Source: Candidatus Spongiisociaceae bacterium | GTDB lineage: Bacteria > Actinomycetota > Acidimicrobiia > Spongiisociales > Spongiisociaceae | DNA: 64,000 nucleotides | Direction: 5' to 3' | Assembly: GCA_965202665.1 (NCBI GenBank) | Contig: OZ241841.1 | Coordinates: 1,760,001-1,824,000 of the forward strand | Shown here: piece after piece, positions 1 through 7,959 of the stretch | Position numbering within the stretch: position 1 is the stretch's first letter | Layout: each line of letters starts with the position of its first letter | The notes under the pieces: generated by a model | The model's input: only the letters and a program-made list of their open reading frames with translations | Databases searched by the model: none | What the model was told of the DNA's origin: nothing | Made by a program: the position numbers and the translations under genes

Positions 1-2
1 GG

Positions 3-158
3 GAGGAGTTCTGGGCGGTGGTGTCCGGCGACGGCCCGCTCAACCGGGAGCGAATCGCCCACAAGCGGGCCGCCTGGGAGGAGGGGGCCTGGGTGCGGGA
101 GGCGGCCGCCGCCTACGCCGCCCGCAACGGGGAGGCCCGGCCGCCGCGGGCCGCCTGA
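3..158 (+). CDS. paaA: Phenylacetyl-CoA epoxidase subunit A, C-terminal fragment (runs in from window edge)
   Basis: Frame 3 reads [39 protein letters not shown], a typical PaaA C-terminus; TGA overlaps the paaB ATG. Confidence 0.85.
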   Translation, partial: EEFWAVVSGDGPLNRERIAHKRAAWEEGAWVREAAAAYAARNGEARPPRAA

Positions 159-514
159 TGGTCTACGAAGTCCATTCCCGACCCGGCGCCCCCCCGCCGC
201 AAGAACCCACGGAGCCCGCGGAGGGGCGGGGAGGGCTGGGTTGGCCGCTGTGGGAGGTGTTCGTGCGCCAGCGGCGGGGCCTCCACCATGTTCACGCCGG
301 CAGCCTGCACGCCCCCGACGCCGAAACCGCCCTGCGCAGCGCCCGCGACGTGTACACCCGCCGGGTGGAGGGCGTTTCCATCTGGGTGGCCCCTTCGGCC
401 CTGATTACCGCCTCGGACCCGGAGGCGGCCCCGGAATGGTTCGACCCGTCCGCCGACAAGCCCTACCGCCACCCCACCTTCTACGACCTGCCCGACGAGG
501 CGGGGCGCATCTGA
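158..514 (+). CDS. paaB: Phenylacetyl-CoA epoxidase subunit B
   Basis: WPLWEVFVR..GLHHVHAGSLHAPDAETAL..ARDVYTRRVEGVSIWV..DKPYRHPTFY motifs. Confidence 0.93.
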   Translation: MVYEVHSRPGAPPPQEPTEPAEGRGGLGWPLWEVFVRQRRGLHHVHAGSLHAPDAETALRSARDVYTRRVEGVSIWVAPSALITASDPEAAPEWFDPSADKPYRHPTFYDLPDEAGRI

Positions 515-1263
515 TGCCCGCCGCCTTCGAATACGTTTTGCGGTTCGGCGACGACAACCTGATCATCGCCCAGCGGCTGTCGGAATGGTCTTCCCATGCG
601 CACGACCTGGAGGAGGACATCGCCCTCTCCAACATCGCCTTGGACCATCTGGGCCAGGCCCGGGCCCTGCTGGCCTACGCCGGGGAACTGGAGGGGGCCG
701 GGCGCTCCGAAGACCACCTGGCTTTCCATCGGGGGGAGCGGGATTTCGTCAACCTGCTGTTGGCGGAGCGCCCCAACCGGGATTTCGCCCACACCATCCT
801 CCGGCAACTGCTTTTCTCCTTATACCAGGAACTGCTGTGGGAGGGGCTGGCCGCCTCCGCCGACCGCCGCCTGGCGGGCGTGGCGGGCAAAGCGGTAAAA
901 GAGGCCCGCTACCACCGGGAGCACGCCGCCGCCTGGGCGGTCCGGCTGGGGGCCGGAACCGAAGAGTCGCACCGCCGGATGACCGAGGCCCTGGCCGCCC
1001 TGTGGCCGTTCACGGACGAGCCATTTGCGATGGACGTCCTGGACGGGGAGATGATCGCCGCCGGGATGGGGCCGGACATGGCCGCCCGCCGCCCGGCCTG
1101 GGCGGAGCGGACGGGGGCCGTTCTGGCCGAAGCCGGTCTGGTGGAACCCCCCGACCCGTACCGCAAATCCGGGGGGCGGCGGGGAATGCACGGCGAAGAG
1201 TTCGGTTTCCTGCTGGCGGAGATGCAGTTTCTGCCCCGGGCCATGCCGGAGGCGGTCTGGTGA
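514..1263 (+). CDS. paaC: Phenylacetyl-CoA epoxidase subunit C
   Basis: GDDNLIIAQRLSEW..LEEDIALSNIALDHLGQAR..KEARYH; ATG 514 overlaps paaB stop. Confidence 0.93.
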   Translation: MPAAFEYVLRFGDDNLIIAQRLSEWSSHAHDLEEDIALSNIALDHLGQARALLAYAGELEGAGRSEDHLAFHRGERDFVNLLLAERPNRDFAHTILRQLLFSLYQELLWEGLAASADRRLAGVAGKAVKEARYHREHAAAWAVRLGAGTEESHRRMTEALAALWPFTDEPFAMDVLDGEMIAAGMGPDMAARRPAWAERTGAVLAEAGLVEPPDPYRKSGGRRGMHGEEFGFLLAEMQFLPRAMPEAVW

Positions 1264-1742
1264 GCGGCCCCCCGGCCGACCCGGCCCGGCGCATACGGGA
1301 GTTGCTGGCGGCCATCCCCGACCCGGAACTGCCCGCTTTGACCATCGGCGAGCTGGGTATTCTGCGGGAAGTCCGGCTGCGGGGGGACCGGGTGCGGGTG
1401 GTGGTAACCCCCACCTATTCAGGGTGCCCGGCTACCGAAGCCATCCGGGAGGACATCGCCCGGGCGGTACGGGAGCAGGGGCTGCAGCCGGAGGTGGAAA
1501 CCGCTTTTTCCCCGGCTTGGACCACCGACTGGCTCACCGAAGAGGCCAAAGCCAAACTGCTGGCCGCCGGCATAGCCCCCCCGGCCGGCCGAACAGGCGA
1601 TCCCGCCCCGCCTGCGGTGCGCTGCCCCCGGTGCGCGGGCGGGGAGACGAGGACGATCAGCCGGTTCGGCTCCACCGCCTGCAAGGCCCTGCTGGCCTGC
1701 CGGGAATGCGGGGAGCCGTTCGACTATTTCAAAGTCCACTGA
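1260..1742 (+). CDS. paaD: Phenylacetyl-CoA epoxidase subunit D (PaaD/PaaJ)
   Basis: IPDPELP..TPTYSGCPA..PAWTTDW..CPRC..FGSTACKALLACRECGEPFDYFK; GTG start inferred from overlap. Confidence 0.9.
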   Translation: MSGPPADPARRIRELLAAIPDPELPALTIGELGILREVRLRGDRVRVVVTPTYSGCPATEAIREDIARAVREQGLQPEVETAFSPAWTTDWLTEEAKAKLLAAGIAPPAGRTGDPAPPAVRCPRCAGGETRTISRFGSTACKALLACRECGEPFDYFKVH

Positions 1743-2809
1743 TGCCGGCCCCGGTTTTCCACCGGTTGCGGGTGGCGGAAGTGGAACCTTTGACCGAAGA
1801 GGCGGTGGCCGTCACTTTCGCCGTCCCCGATCATCTGGCCGAAGAGTTCGCCTACCTGCCGGGACAGCACCTGGTCATCCGGGCGGAAATCGACGGGCGG
1901 GACGTCCGCCGTTCCTATTCCATCTGCGCCAACGCCAACACCGGCCGCTTGCGGGTGGGGGTGAAAAAGTTGGCGGGCGGGGCGTTTTCCACCTGGGCCA
2001 ACACCCGGTTGGCGGCCGGCCAAACCTTGCAGGTGGCCCCCCCGGTGGGGGAGTTCACCATCAAACCCGACCCCGGCCGGGCCCGCCATTACCTGGCCGT
2101 CGCCGCCGGCAGCGGGGTGACCCCCGTTTTTTCCCATCTCGCCACCGTGTTGGATACCGAACCGGACAGCCGTTTCACCCTCGTCTACGGCAATCGGGAA
2201 ACCCGTTCCGTAATGTTTTTGGAAGAGCTGCAAGCATGCAAAGACAGGTTTCCGGATCGTTTCCATCTCATCCATTTTTTCAGCCGGGAGCCGCAGCCGG
2301 TGGAACTTTTTTCGGGGCGCATCTCCCCCGACCGCCTGCAACGGCTGTTCAGCCGGGTGGTGGACGCCGATTCGGTGGACGCCTGGCTTCTGTGCGGCCC
2401 GCAACGAATGACCGCCGAAGTAGGGGCCTTCCTGCGGGAGCGGGGGATCCCCCCGGAGGACGTCCACAGCGAACTGTTCTACGAGGGGGAGGCGGCCGTT
2501 TCCCCCCCGCCCCTTAAGAATAAGGAGGGGGCGGCCCGGGTGGAGTTCACTTTGGACGGGCGGGCCTCGGCGGTTTCGGTGGACCCGGACGGCCCTTCCA
2601 TCCTGGACTACGCCTTGGCGGTGCGCCGGGAGCTGCCTTTCGCCTGCAAAGGCGGGGTGTGCGCCACCTGCAAGGCCCGGGTGACGGAAGGGGAGGTGCG
2701 GATGGACAAAAACTGGGCCCTTATGGAAGCGGAGGTGGGGCGGGGCCTGGTCCTCACCTGCCAGTCCCATCCGGTCTCGGAGCGGGTCGTTTTGGACTAC
2801 GACGTATGA
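1742..2809 (+). CDS. paaE: Phenylacetyl-CoA epoxidase reductase (FAD/NAD domain plus 2Fe-2S ferredoxin)
   Basis: RRSYSIC, AAGSGVTP, LCGP, PFACKGGVCATC..LTCQ motifs. Confidence 0.92.
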   Translation: MPAPVFHRLRVAEVEPLTEEAVAVTFAVPDHLAEEFAYLPGQHLVIRAEIDGRDVRRSYSICANANTGRLRVGVKKLAGGAFSTWANTRLAAGQTLQVAPPVGEFTIKPDPGRARHYLAVAAGSGVTPVFSHLATVLDTEPDSRFTLVYGNRETRSVMFLEELQACKDRFPDRFHLIHFFSREPQPVELFSGRISPDRLQRLFSRVVDADSVDAWLLCGPQRMTAEVGAFLRERGIPPEDVHSELFYEGEAAVSPPPLKNKEGAARVEFTLDGRASAVSVDPDGPSILDYALAVRRELPFACKGGVCATCKARVTEGEVRMDKNWALMEAEVGRGLVLTCQSHPVSERVVLDYDV

Positions 2810-3357
2810 ACACCCGGGAGGACGTGGTGGCGGCCGCCGGGCGGATGTTCGCCCGCTACGGCTACGAGGGCACTTCCATGCGGGATCTGGGGCGGGAGGT
2901 GGGGCTGCTGGTGTCTTCCCTCTATTCGCACATCGGTTCCAAGCAGGATCTGCTGCTGGAGGTGGTGGCCCGGGGGGAGGAACTTTTCGGGGCGTCGGCG
3001 GAGCGGGCCCCGGCGGGGGGCAACGGCCGGGAACGTCTGCGGGGGTTGGTGGCCGGGCACATCGACGTGGCGCTGGACCACCGGGACGAGGTGCGTACTT
3101 TTCTAAACGAGGCCCGTTCGCTGGACGAAGAGCACCGGGCGCGGGTGGTGGAGGCCCGCAACCGCTATGAGGAAATCTTCCGGGAGGCCATCCGGGCCGG
3201 GGCGGGGGACGGTTCCCTGCGGCCGGATACCGATGCGAAGCTGACCGCCATTTTCCTGCTGTCCGTTCTCAACGCCCTGGACCGCTGGTTTTCCGAGTCG
3301 GGCCGCCTTTCCCGGCGGGAGCTGGCCGATGCGATAATGTCGTTCGCGGTGCGATAG
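2806..3357 (+). CDS. TetR-family regulator (PaaR-like)
   Basis: N-terminal HTH (FARYGYEGTSMRDLGREVG..SLYSHIGSKQDLL); coupled to paaE stop. Confidence 0.85.
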   Translation: MNTREDVVAAAGRMFARYGYEGTSMRDLGREVGLLVSSLYSHIGSKQDLLLEVVARGEELFGASAERAPAGGNGRERLRGLVAGHIDVALDHRDEVRTFLNEARSLDEEHRARVVEARNRYEEIFREAIRAGAGDGSLRPDTDAKLTAIFLLSVLNALDRWFSESGRLSRRELADAIMSFAVR

Positions 3358-3370
3358 CGGGAGTAGGGCG

Positions 3371-3859
3371 GTGCCGGAGGAGACGGCGGTTTACACGGAC
3401 GGGGCCTGTTTGGGCAATCCGGGGCCGGGCGGCTGGGGATGGGTGGTGCCGGACGGCCCCTTTCGGAGCGGGGCGTGCCCGGACGCCACTAACCAGCGGA
3501 TGGAGTTGGCCGCCGCCTTGGAGGCCTTGCGGGAGGTTCCCCGCCCGACGCTGGTCATCAGCGACTCCACATATTTGGTGAACTGCTTCCGGGACGGATG
3601 GTGGGAGGGGTGGTTGCGCCGGGGGTGGCGAAACGCCAACCGCCGTTCGGTGGCCAACCGGGACCTGTGGGAGCCGCTGGTCGGACTGTACCGGGAGGGG
3701 GGAGTGCGGTTTCAGTGGGTGAAGGGGCATGGGGGCGACCGCTGGAACGGGGTCGCCGACTGGCTGGCGTTTCGGGCGGCGGCCGACGGGCGGGGAATGG
3801 CGGGCGAGCAGTGGCCGCCGCCGCAGTTCAGGCGCCCGCCCGCCGGCGATCCTTTCTGA
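3371..3859 (+). CDS. rnhA: Ribonuclease HI
   Basis: YTDGACLGNPGPGGWG, TNQRMEL, SDSTY, NRDLW, WVKGH..N..AD motifs. Confidence 0.93.
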   Translation: MPEETAVYTDGACLGNPGPGGWGWVVPDGPFRSGACPDATNQRMELAAALEALREVPRPTLVISDSTYLVNCFRDGWWEGWLRRGWRNANRRSVANRDLWEPLVGLYREGGVRFQWVKGHGGDRWNGVADWLAFRAAADGRGMAGEQWPPPQFRRPPAGDPF

Positions 3860-3944
3860 AGGCCGGGGGCGCGGCACAAGCGGCACAAAGAGAACGCCCG
3901 CGGTTTCCCGCGGGCGCTCTCCGGGCGGAGGAGGTTATGGGATG

Positions 3945-4931
3945 TTACGTCTCGGCGGCCTCGGAGTCGTCGTCTTCCGACCCCGCTTTTTCGTGTTCGA
4001 AGCCATCATAGTCCGGTTTGGTTTTTATGTGTCCGGAACCGTCGTCGTCCGACTTCATCTCTTCGTACTGGGCGAACAGTTCGGTGATGGAGTCGGCCTG
4101 TTCCCGGGTGATGACCTCGTCTTCCACCATGTCCGCCAGCATTTCCGCCGGGTTTTTGAAACTTTCCGCCAAGTCGGTTCCCTGTTCCATAATCCAGGCG
4201 GTGATGGCCGGGAGTTGCCCTTCGGAGATGATCCCTTCCGCCGCCAGCTTGCCGAACAGCGTGTCCCCGCCCCGTCGGTGATGCTTGCCTTTTTCCTTCT
4301 CTTCGTATTGGGCGAGCAGTTCGGTGATGGAGTCGGCCTGTTCCCGGGTGATGACCTCGTCTTCCACCATGTCCGCCAGCAACCCGGCCGGGTCTTCCAG
4401 CCCTTTCAGGGCGGCGGACTCCGTCTCCAGCCAGTCCAAGATGGCCGGAATCTGTTCTTGGGAGATGAGTCCTTTCTCCGCCAGTTTCCCCAGTTCCCGC
4501 TCGGCTTCGGCTTCCATCCGGGCGGCGAGGGCGTCCGCCTGTTCCCGGGTCATCACCCCGTCGGCCACTAATGCGTCCAGCAGTTCAGCCGGGGAATCAT
4601 AGGAGGTGTTCCAGTCGGGCCCTTGGTCGGCGAACCAGTCTTTGACGGCCGACATCTGTTCCCGGGCCGCCCCGCCTTTCTTAACGAACCCCCACCGTTG
4701 GAACCCGGAGTCCCGCAGGCGATGACGGTCGCCCGCCTCATCGCCTTCATCATCGGCGTCGCCCTCATCGCCTTCATCGTTGTCAGCGGCGACTACCGCC
4801 GCGCCGAATACGGCGGTGGCCGCAGTCCGGGCGCCGTCGCCGTCGCGGTCGCCGCTGCGGGCCACTGCCACCACCGCAAACAGGGCGATCACGGTCAGCA
4901 GGCCGACCGCCATAGTCAACATCTTTTTCAT
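3945..4931 (-). CDS. Secreted or anchored acidic helical-repeat protein of unknown function
   Basis: MKKMLT plus hydrophobic signal; very acidic; ~80-aa internal repeat (PAxxLADMVEDEVITREQADSITEL). Confidence 0.7.
   Translation of the reverse strand: MKKMLTMAVGLLTVIALFAVVAVARSGDRDGDGARTAATAVFGAAVVAADNDEGDEGDADDEGDEAGDRHRLRDSGFQRWGFVKKGGAAREQMSAVKDWFADQGPDWNTSYDSPAELLDALVADGVMTREQADALAARMEAEAERELGKLAEKGLISQEQIPAILDWLETESAALKGLEDPAGLLADMVEDEVITREQADSITELLAQYEEKEKGKHHRRGGDTLFGKLAAEGIISEGQLPAITAWIMEQGTDLAESFKNPAEMLADMVEDEVITREQADSITELFAQYEEMKSDDDGSGHIKTKPDYDGFEHEKAGSEDDDSEAAET
4071..4381. repeat. Intragenic direct repeat, ~70 bp near-identical (4071-4141 and 4311-4381, 240-bp offset)
   Basis: cagttcggtgatggagtcggcctgttcccgggtgatgacctcgtcttccaccatgtccgccagca occurs twice. 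Confidence 0.9.
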
Positions 4932-5002
4932 TCCGGTTTTCCTTTCCATCGCGCCGATCGAATTCCGATCGTGCGCCCAGCATCCTTCCCCAACCTTTTA
5001 AT

Positions 5003-5033
5003 AATCTGAAAGGAATCTAAGAATAATCTAAGA
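5003..5033 (-). promoter_or_regulatory. MprA-box-like direct repeats (TCTTAG-N5-TCTTAG-N5-TTTCAG)
   Basis: aatct at 5003, 5014 and 5025 (11-bp period); resembles the mycobacterial MprA box TCTCAG-N5-TCTCAG. Confidence 0.6.
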
Positions 5034-5100
5034 AAAACCATACGCCGCCCACAGGCAACCCCCGCCGGGGTTAATTAGGAGAAGGCGGTAGGATGCGGAC

Positions 5101-5796
5101 ATGTCGCGGGCCGATGTGGAGCAGATTCTCGCCGCCGCCGAATCCCGGCTGGCGGACGACCCGGCCGCCGGTTTGGCGGGAACCGGTTTCTGGTCGGCCG
5201 TGTCGCAGGTCAAACGGGACCCGGAGCTGGCCGCCGCCTACGCCGACCGCATAGCGGCGGTGGACCGGGAGGCCTTCCAAAGGTGGGCTTTCCTGGTCAT
5301 CCCTGTGGGCGCGGGCACGACACTGGCGGTTCTGGGCGCCCTGCTCGGCCTGGGCTTGACCGCCCTCGCTTATTACGCGGACGACCCGTGGAACGGATTA
5401 TCGCTGTTGGCCGGCATGGGGGCCTTGCTGGTTTCCACCCACGGCCTGGCTCATCTGGCGACGGGCCGGGCGGCGGGCATCCGCTTCACCCACTGGTTCA
5501 TCGGAACCCCGGGGCGGCCCCAACCGGGGGTGAAAACCGACTACGCCTCCTACCTGGCCGCCCCCGCCCGGCGCCGGGCCTGGATGCACGCCTCCGGGGC
5601 CATCGTCACCAAAATCATCCCTTTCGCCCTCATCCCGGCGGCGGCCGCGGCCGCAACCCCCGGCTGGACGATGTGGCTGCTGTTTCTCGCCGGAGCGGCC
5701 GGGGTTTTCACCGACGCGGTCTGGTCGGTTCGCATCTCCGACTGGAAGAAGTTCCGCCGGGAAATGTCCTACGCCCGCCGCCCCCAAGCGCCGTAG
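5101..5796 (+). CDS. Hypothetical membrane protein
   Basis: 231-aa ORF with several hydrophobic segments and host-like codon usage. Confidence 0.7.
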   Translation: MSRADVEQILAAAESRLADDPAAGLAGTGFWSAVSQVKRDPELAAAYADRIAAVDREAFQRWAFLVIPVGAGTTLAVLGALLGLGLTALAYYADDPWNGLSLLAGMGALLVSTHGLAHLATGRAAGIRFTHWFIGTPGRPQPGVKTDYASYLAAPARRRAWMHASGAIVTKIIPFALIPAAAAAATPGWTMWLLFLAGAAGVFTDAVWSVRISDWKKFRREMSYARRPQAP

Positions 5797-5806
5797 TCAT
5801 ACCGGG

Positions 5807-7204
5807 TCATACCGGCAGGGTGAAGCCCACTTCCGCTCCGCCCTCCGGATGGTTGCGGGCGTGCACCCGGCCGCCGTGCCTTTCCGCCATGTCTTTCACG
5901 ATGGCCAGGCCCAGCCCCGACCCGGGCAGGGATCGGGCTTCCACCGCCCGATGGAAACGGTCGAAAACGTAGGGCAGGTCCCGGTCGGGAATGCCCGGCC
6001 CGCGATCCCGCACCACAAGTTTCCCGTCCGCAAGAATGATGTCCACCGGCTGCCCCGGCGGACCCCATTTGAGGGCGTTGTCCACCAGATTTTCCACCGC
6101 CCGCTGCAACGCCCCCGGCCGGCCCGACAGGGCCGCCCCTTCGCCGGTCACCCGCACCGGCCGCTGCCCGCGCCGGGAGGCCCGTTCCGCTACCTGGACG
6201 GCGATGGTGCGCAGGGCCACCGGCGCGGTCGGTTCGTCCGCTTCCTGGGCGGACTGCTCGGAGGCCAAATCCACCAGTTCGGTCACCAGGGCGGCCAGCT
6301 CCCGTATTTCGTGATGCACATCGGACAGCAACCGTTGCCGCTCCGCCGGTTCCAGCTCGTCGACCCGTCCCAGCATTTCCACGTTGGTGCGCAGGCTGGT
6401 GAGGGGGGTGCGCAGTTCGTGGCTGGCGTCCTGCACCAACCGCCGCTGCTGGTCGCGGGAGTCGCGCAGGGCGGCGATCATGCTGTTGAAACTGTCGGCC
6501 AGCCGCCCCGCCTCCCCGGAGGCCCGGGCGTCGATCGGCTCCAGCAGCTCCCGGGTTTGCGCCACTTCTTCCGCCGCCCGGGTGAGGATTTCCATGGGCC
6601 GCGTCACCCGGCGGGCGATCAGCCACCCGCCCCCTCCGGCGGCGGCCGCGATGAGCAGGCCGATGAAAAAGATGCGGCCGCCCAGGATGGCCGCCACTTC
6701 CCGCTGTTCGCTCACATCCCGGGCGATTTGCACCACCGAATCCCCGGTGGCCAAGATGGTCAACATCCGGTAGGGGACCTCGTCCGCCTCCACCCAGTCG
6801 AACCGATGCGGAACCGGATTGCTTCTGGTCGGCTTCTCCGGGTAGAGAATGGGCAGCTGGGGCGTCCCCCCCAGTATCACCAGGGGCTTGCCCGTTTTCA
6901 GATCCGACCAGCGGAACACCGCGTCCGGCCCGATCAAAATTTCGGCGATCCCCAAAAAGGGATCCTGGTCCCGGTCCCGCCCGTCCCGGATTTGGATTTC
7001 AACCGGGTTGTCCGCATCCACCAGTTCCAGCAGTTCGGCGAAGGAGAAGGCCACCGCCAGGGCGGCGGCCCGTTCCTGTAAGAAGGAGTCGGTTTCCGAA
7101 TCCAAGGCGCGGCGGGTGGTCACGAAGGCGGCCGACGCCACCAGCAGGGTCGCCAGCGCCGCCCCGCCCGCGAACAGGAGAACGAATTTCCAGCGCAGGC
7201 TCAT
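5807..7204 (-). CDS. HAMP-domain sensor histidine kinase (MprB-like)
   Basis: Two TM segments, HAMP, H-box [17 protein letters not shown]-box [23 protein letters not shown]. Confidence 0.93.
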   Translation of the reverse strand: MSLRWKFVLLFAGGAALATLLVASAAFVTTRRALDSETDSFLQERAAALAVAFSFAELLELVDADNPVEIQIRDGRDRDQDPFLGIAEILIGPDAVFRWSDLKTGKPLVILGGTPQLPILYPEKPTRSNPVPHRFDWVEADEVPYRMLTILATGDSVVQIARDVSEQREVAAILGGRIFFIGLLIAAAAGGGGWLIARRVTRPMEILTRAAEEVAQTRELLEPIDARASGEAGRLADSFNSMIAALRDSRDQQRRLVQDASHELRTPLTSLRTNVEMLGRVDELEPAERQRLLSDVHHEIRELAALVTELVDLASEQSAQEADEPTAPVALRTIAVQVAERASRRGQRPVRVTGEGAALSGRPGALQRAVENLVDNALKWGPPGQPVDIILADGKLVVRDRGPGIPDRDLPYVFDRFHRAVEARSLPGSGLGLAIVKDMAERHGGRVHARNHPEGGAEVGFTLPV

Positions 7205-7884
7205 CGGTCCCTCAACACGTAGCCCACGCCCCGCACGGTATGGATAAGGCGGGGCTCCCCTTCCCCTTCCACTTTGCGGCGCAGGTAGCCGATGTAAACA
7301 TCCAGCGAGTTGGAGGTGGTTTCAAACCCGATGTCCCAGATGCGCTGGTAGATGAGGTCCCGGTCCAGCACCACCCCGGCGTTGGACATCAACAGCTCCA
7401 GCAGGTCGAATTCGGTTTTGGTGAGGTCGATGAGGCGCTCCCCGCGGCGGGCGCGGCGGCTTCTCATGTCCAGTTCCAAATCCTGATAGCGCAAAACTTC
7501 GGCCAGGACGGAGTCGTCGCTGCGCCGCAACAGGGCCCGGATGCGGGCCAGCAGTTCGTCTAAGGCGAAGGGTTTGGTGAGATAGTCGTCCGCTCCGGCG
7601 TCCAGCCCCGCCACCCGGTCTCCCACTTCGTGGCGGGCGGTGAGCATCAACACCGGGGTGCGGTCGCCCCGGGAGCGCAAAGTCCGGCACACGGACAGGC
7701 CGTTCACATAGGGCATCAGCACATCCAGGATGATTAAGTCGACCCTGTTCCGATCCAAAGCGGTCAGCGCTTCGGAACCGTCGGCGGCCAAAGCCACCTC
7801 GTAGCCTTCCAGCCGCAACGCCCGCCGCAACGCATCCCGCACCGCCCGGTCGTCCTCCGCGATCAGAATTTTGGTGTTCAACAT
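7201..7884 (-). CDS. OmpR-family response regulator (MprA-like)
   Basis: [48 protein letters not shown]. Confidence 0.93.
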   Translation of the reverse strand: MLNTKILIAEDDRAVRDALRRALRLEGYEVALAADGSEALTALDRNRVDLIILDVLMPYVNGLSVCRTLRSRGDRTPVLMLTARHEVGDRVAGLDAGADDYLTKPFALDELLARIRALLRRSDDSVLAEVLRYQDLELDMRSRRARRGERLIDLTKTEFDLLELLMSNAGVVLDRDLIYQRIWDIGFETTSNSLDVYIGYLRRKVEGEGEPRLIHTVRGVGYVLRDR

Positions 7885-7890
7885 GACGCC

Positions 7891-7923
7891 AGGTTACAAC
7901 CCGACTCTAAGAACAAAATGAGA
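7891..7923 (-). promoter_or_regulatory. Likely autoregulatory MprA-like box (TCTCAT-N5-TCTTAG) and leaderless -10 TAACCT
   Basis: Minus strand reads tctcattttgttcttag at 7923-7907; TAACCT lies 6 nt before the ATG. Confidence 0.55.
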
Positions 7924-7959
7924 AACCCCGCCCCGCCCGCGGCCCCCGAAGCGGGGGTT

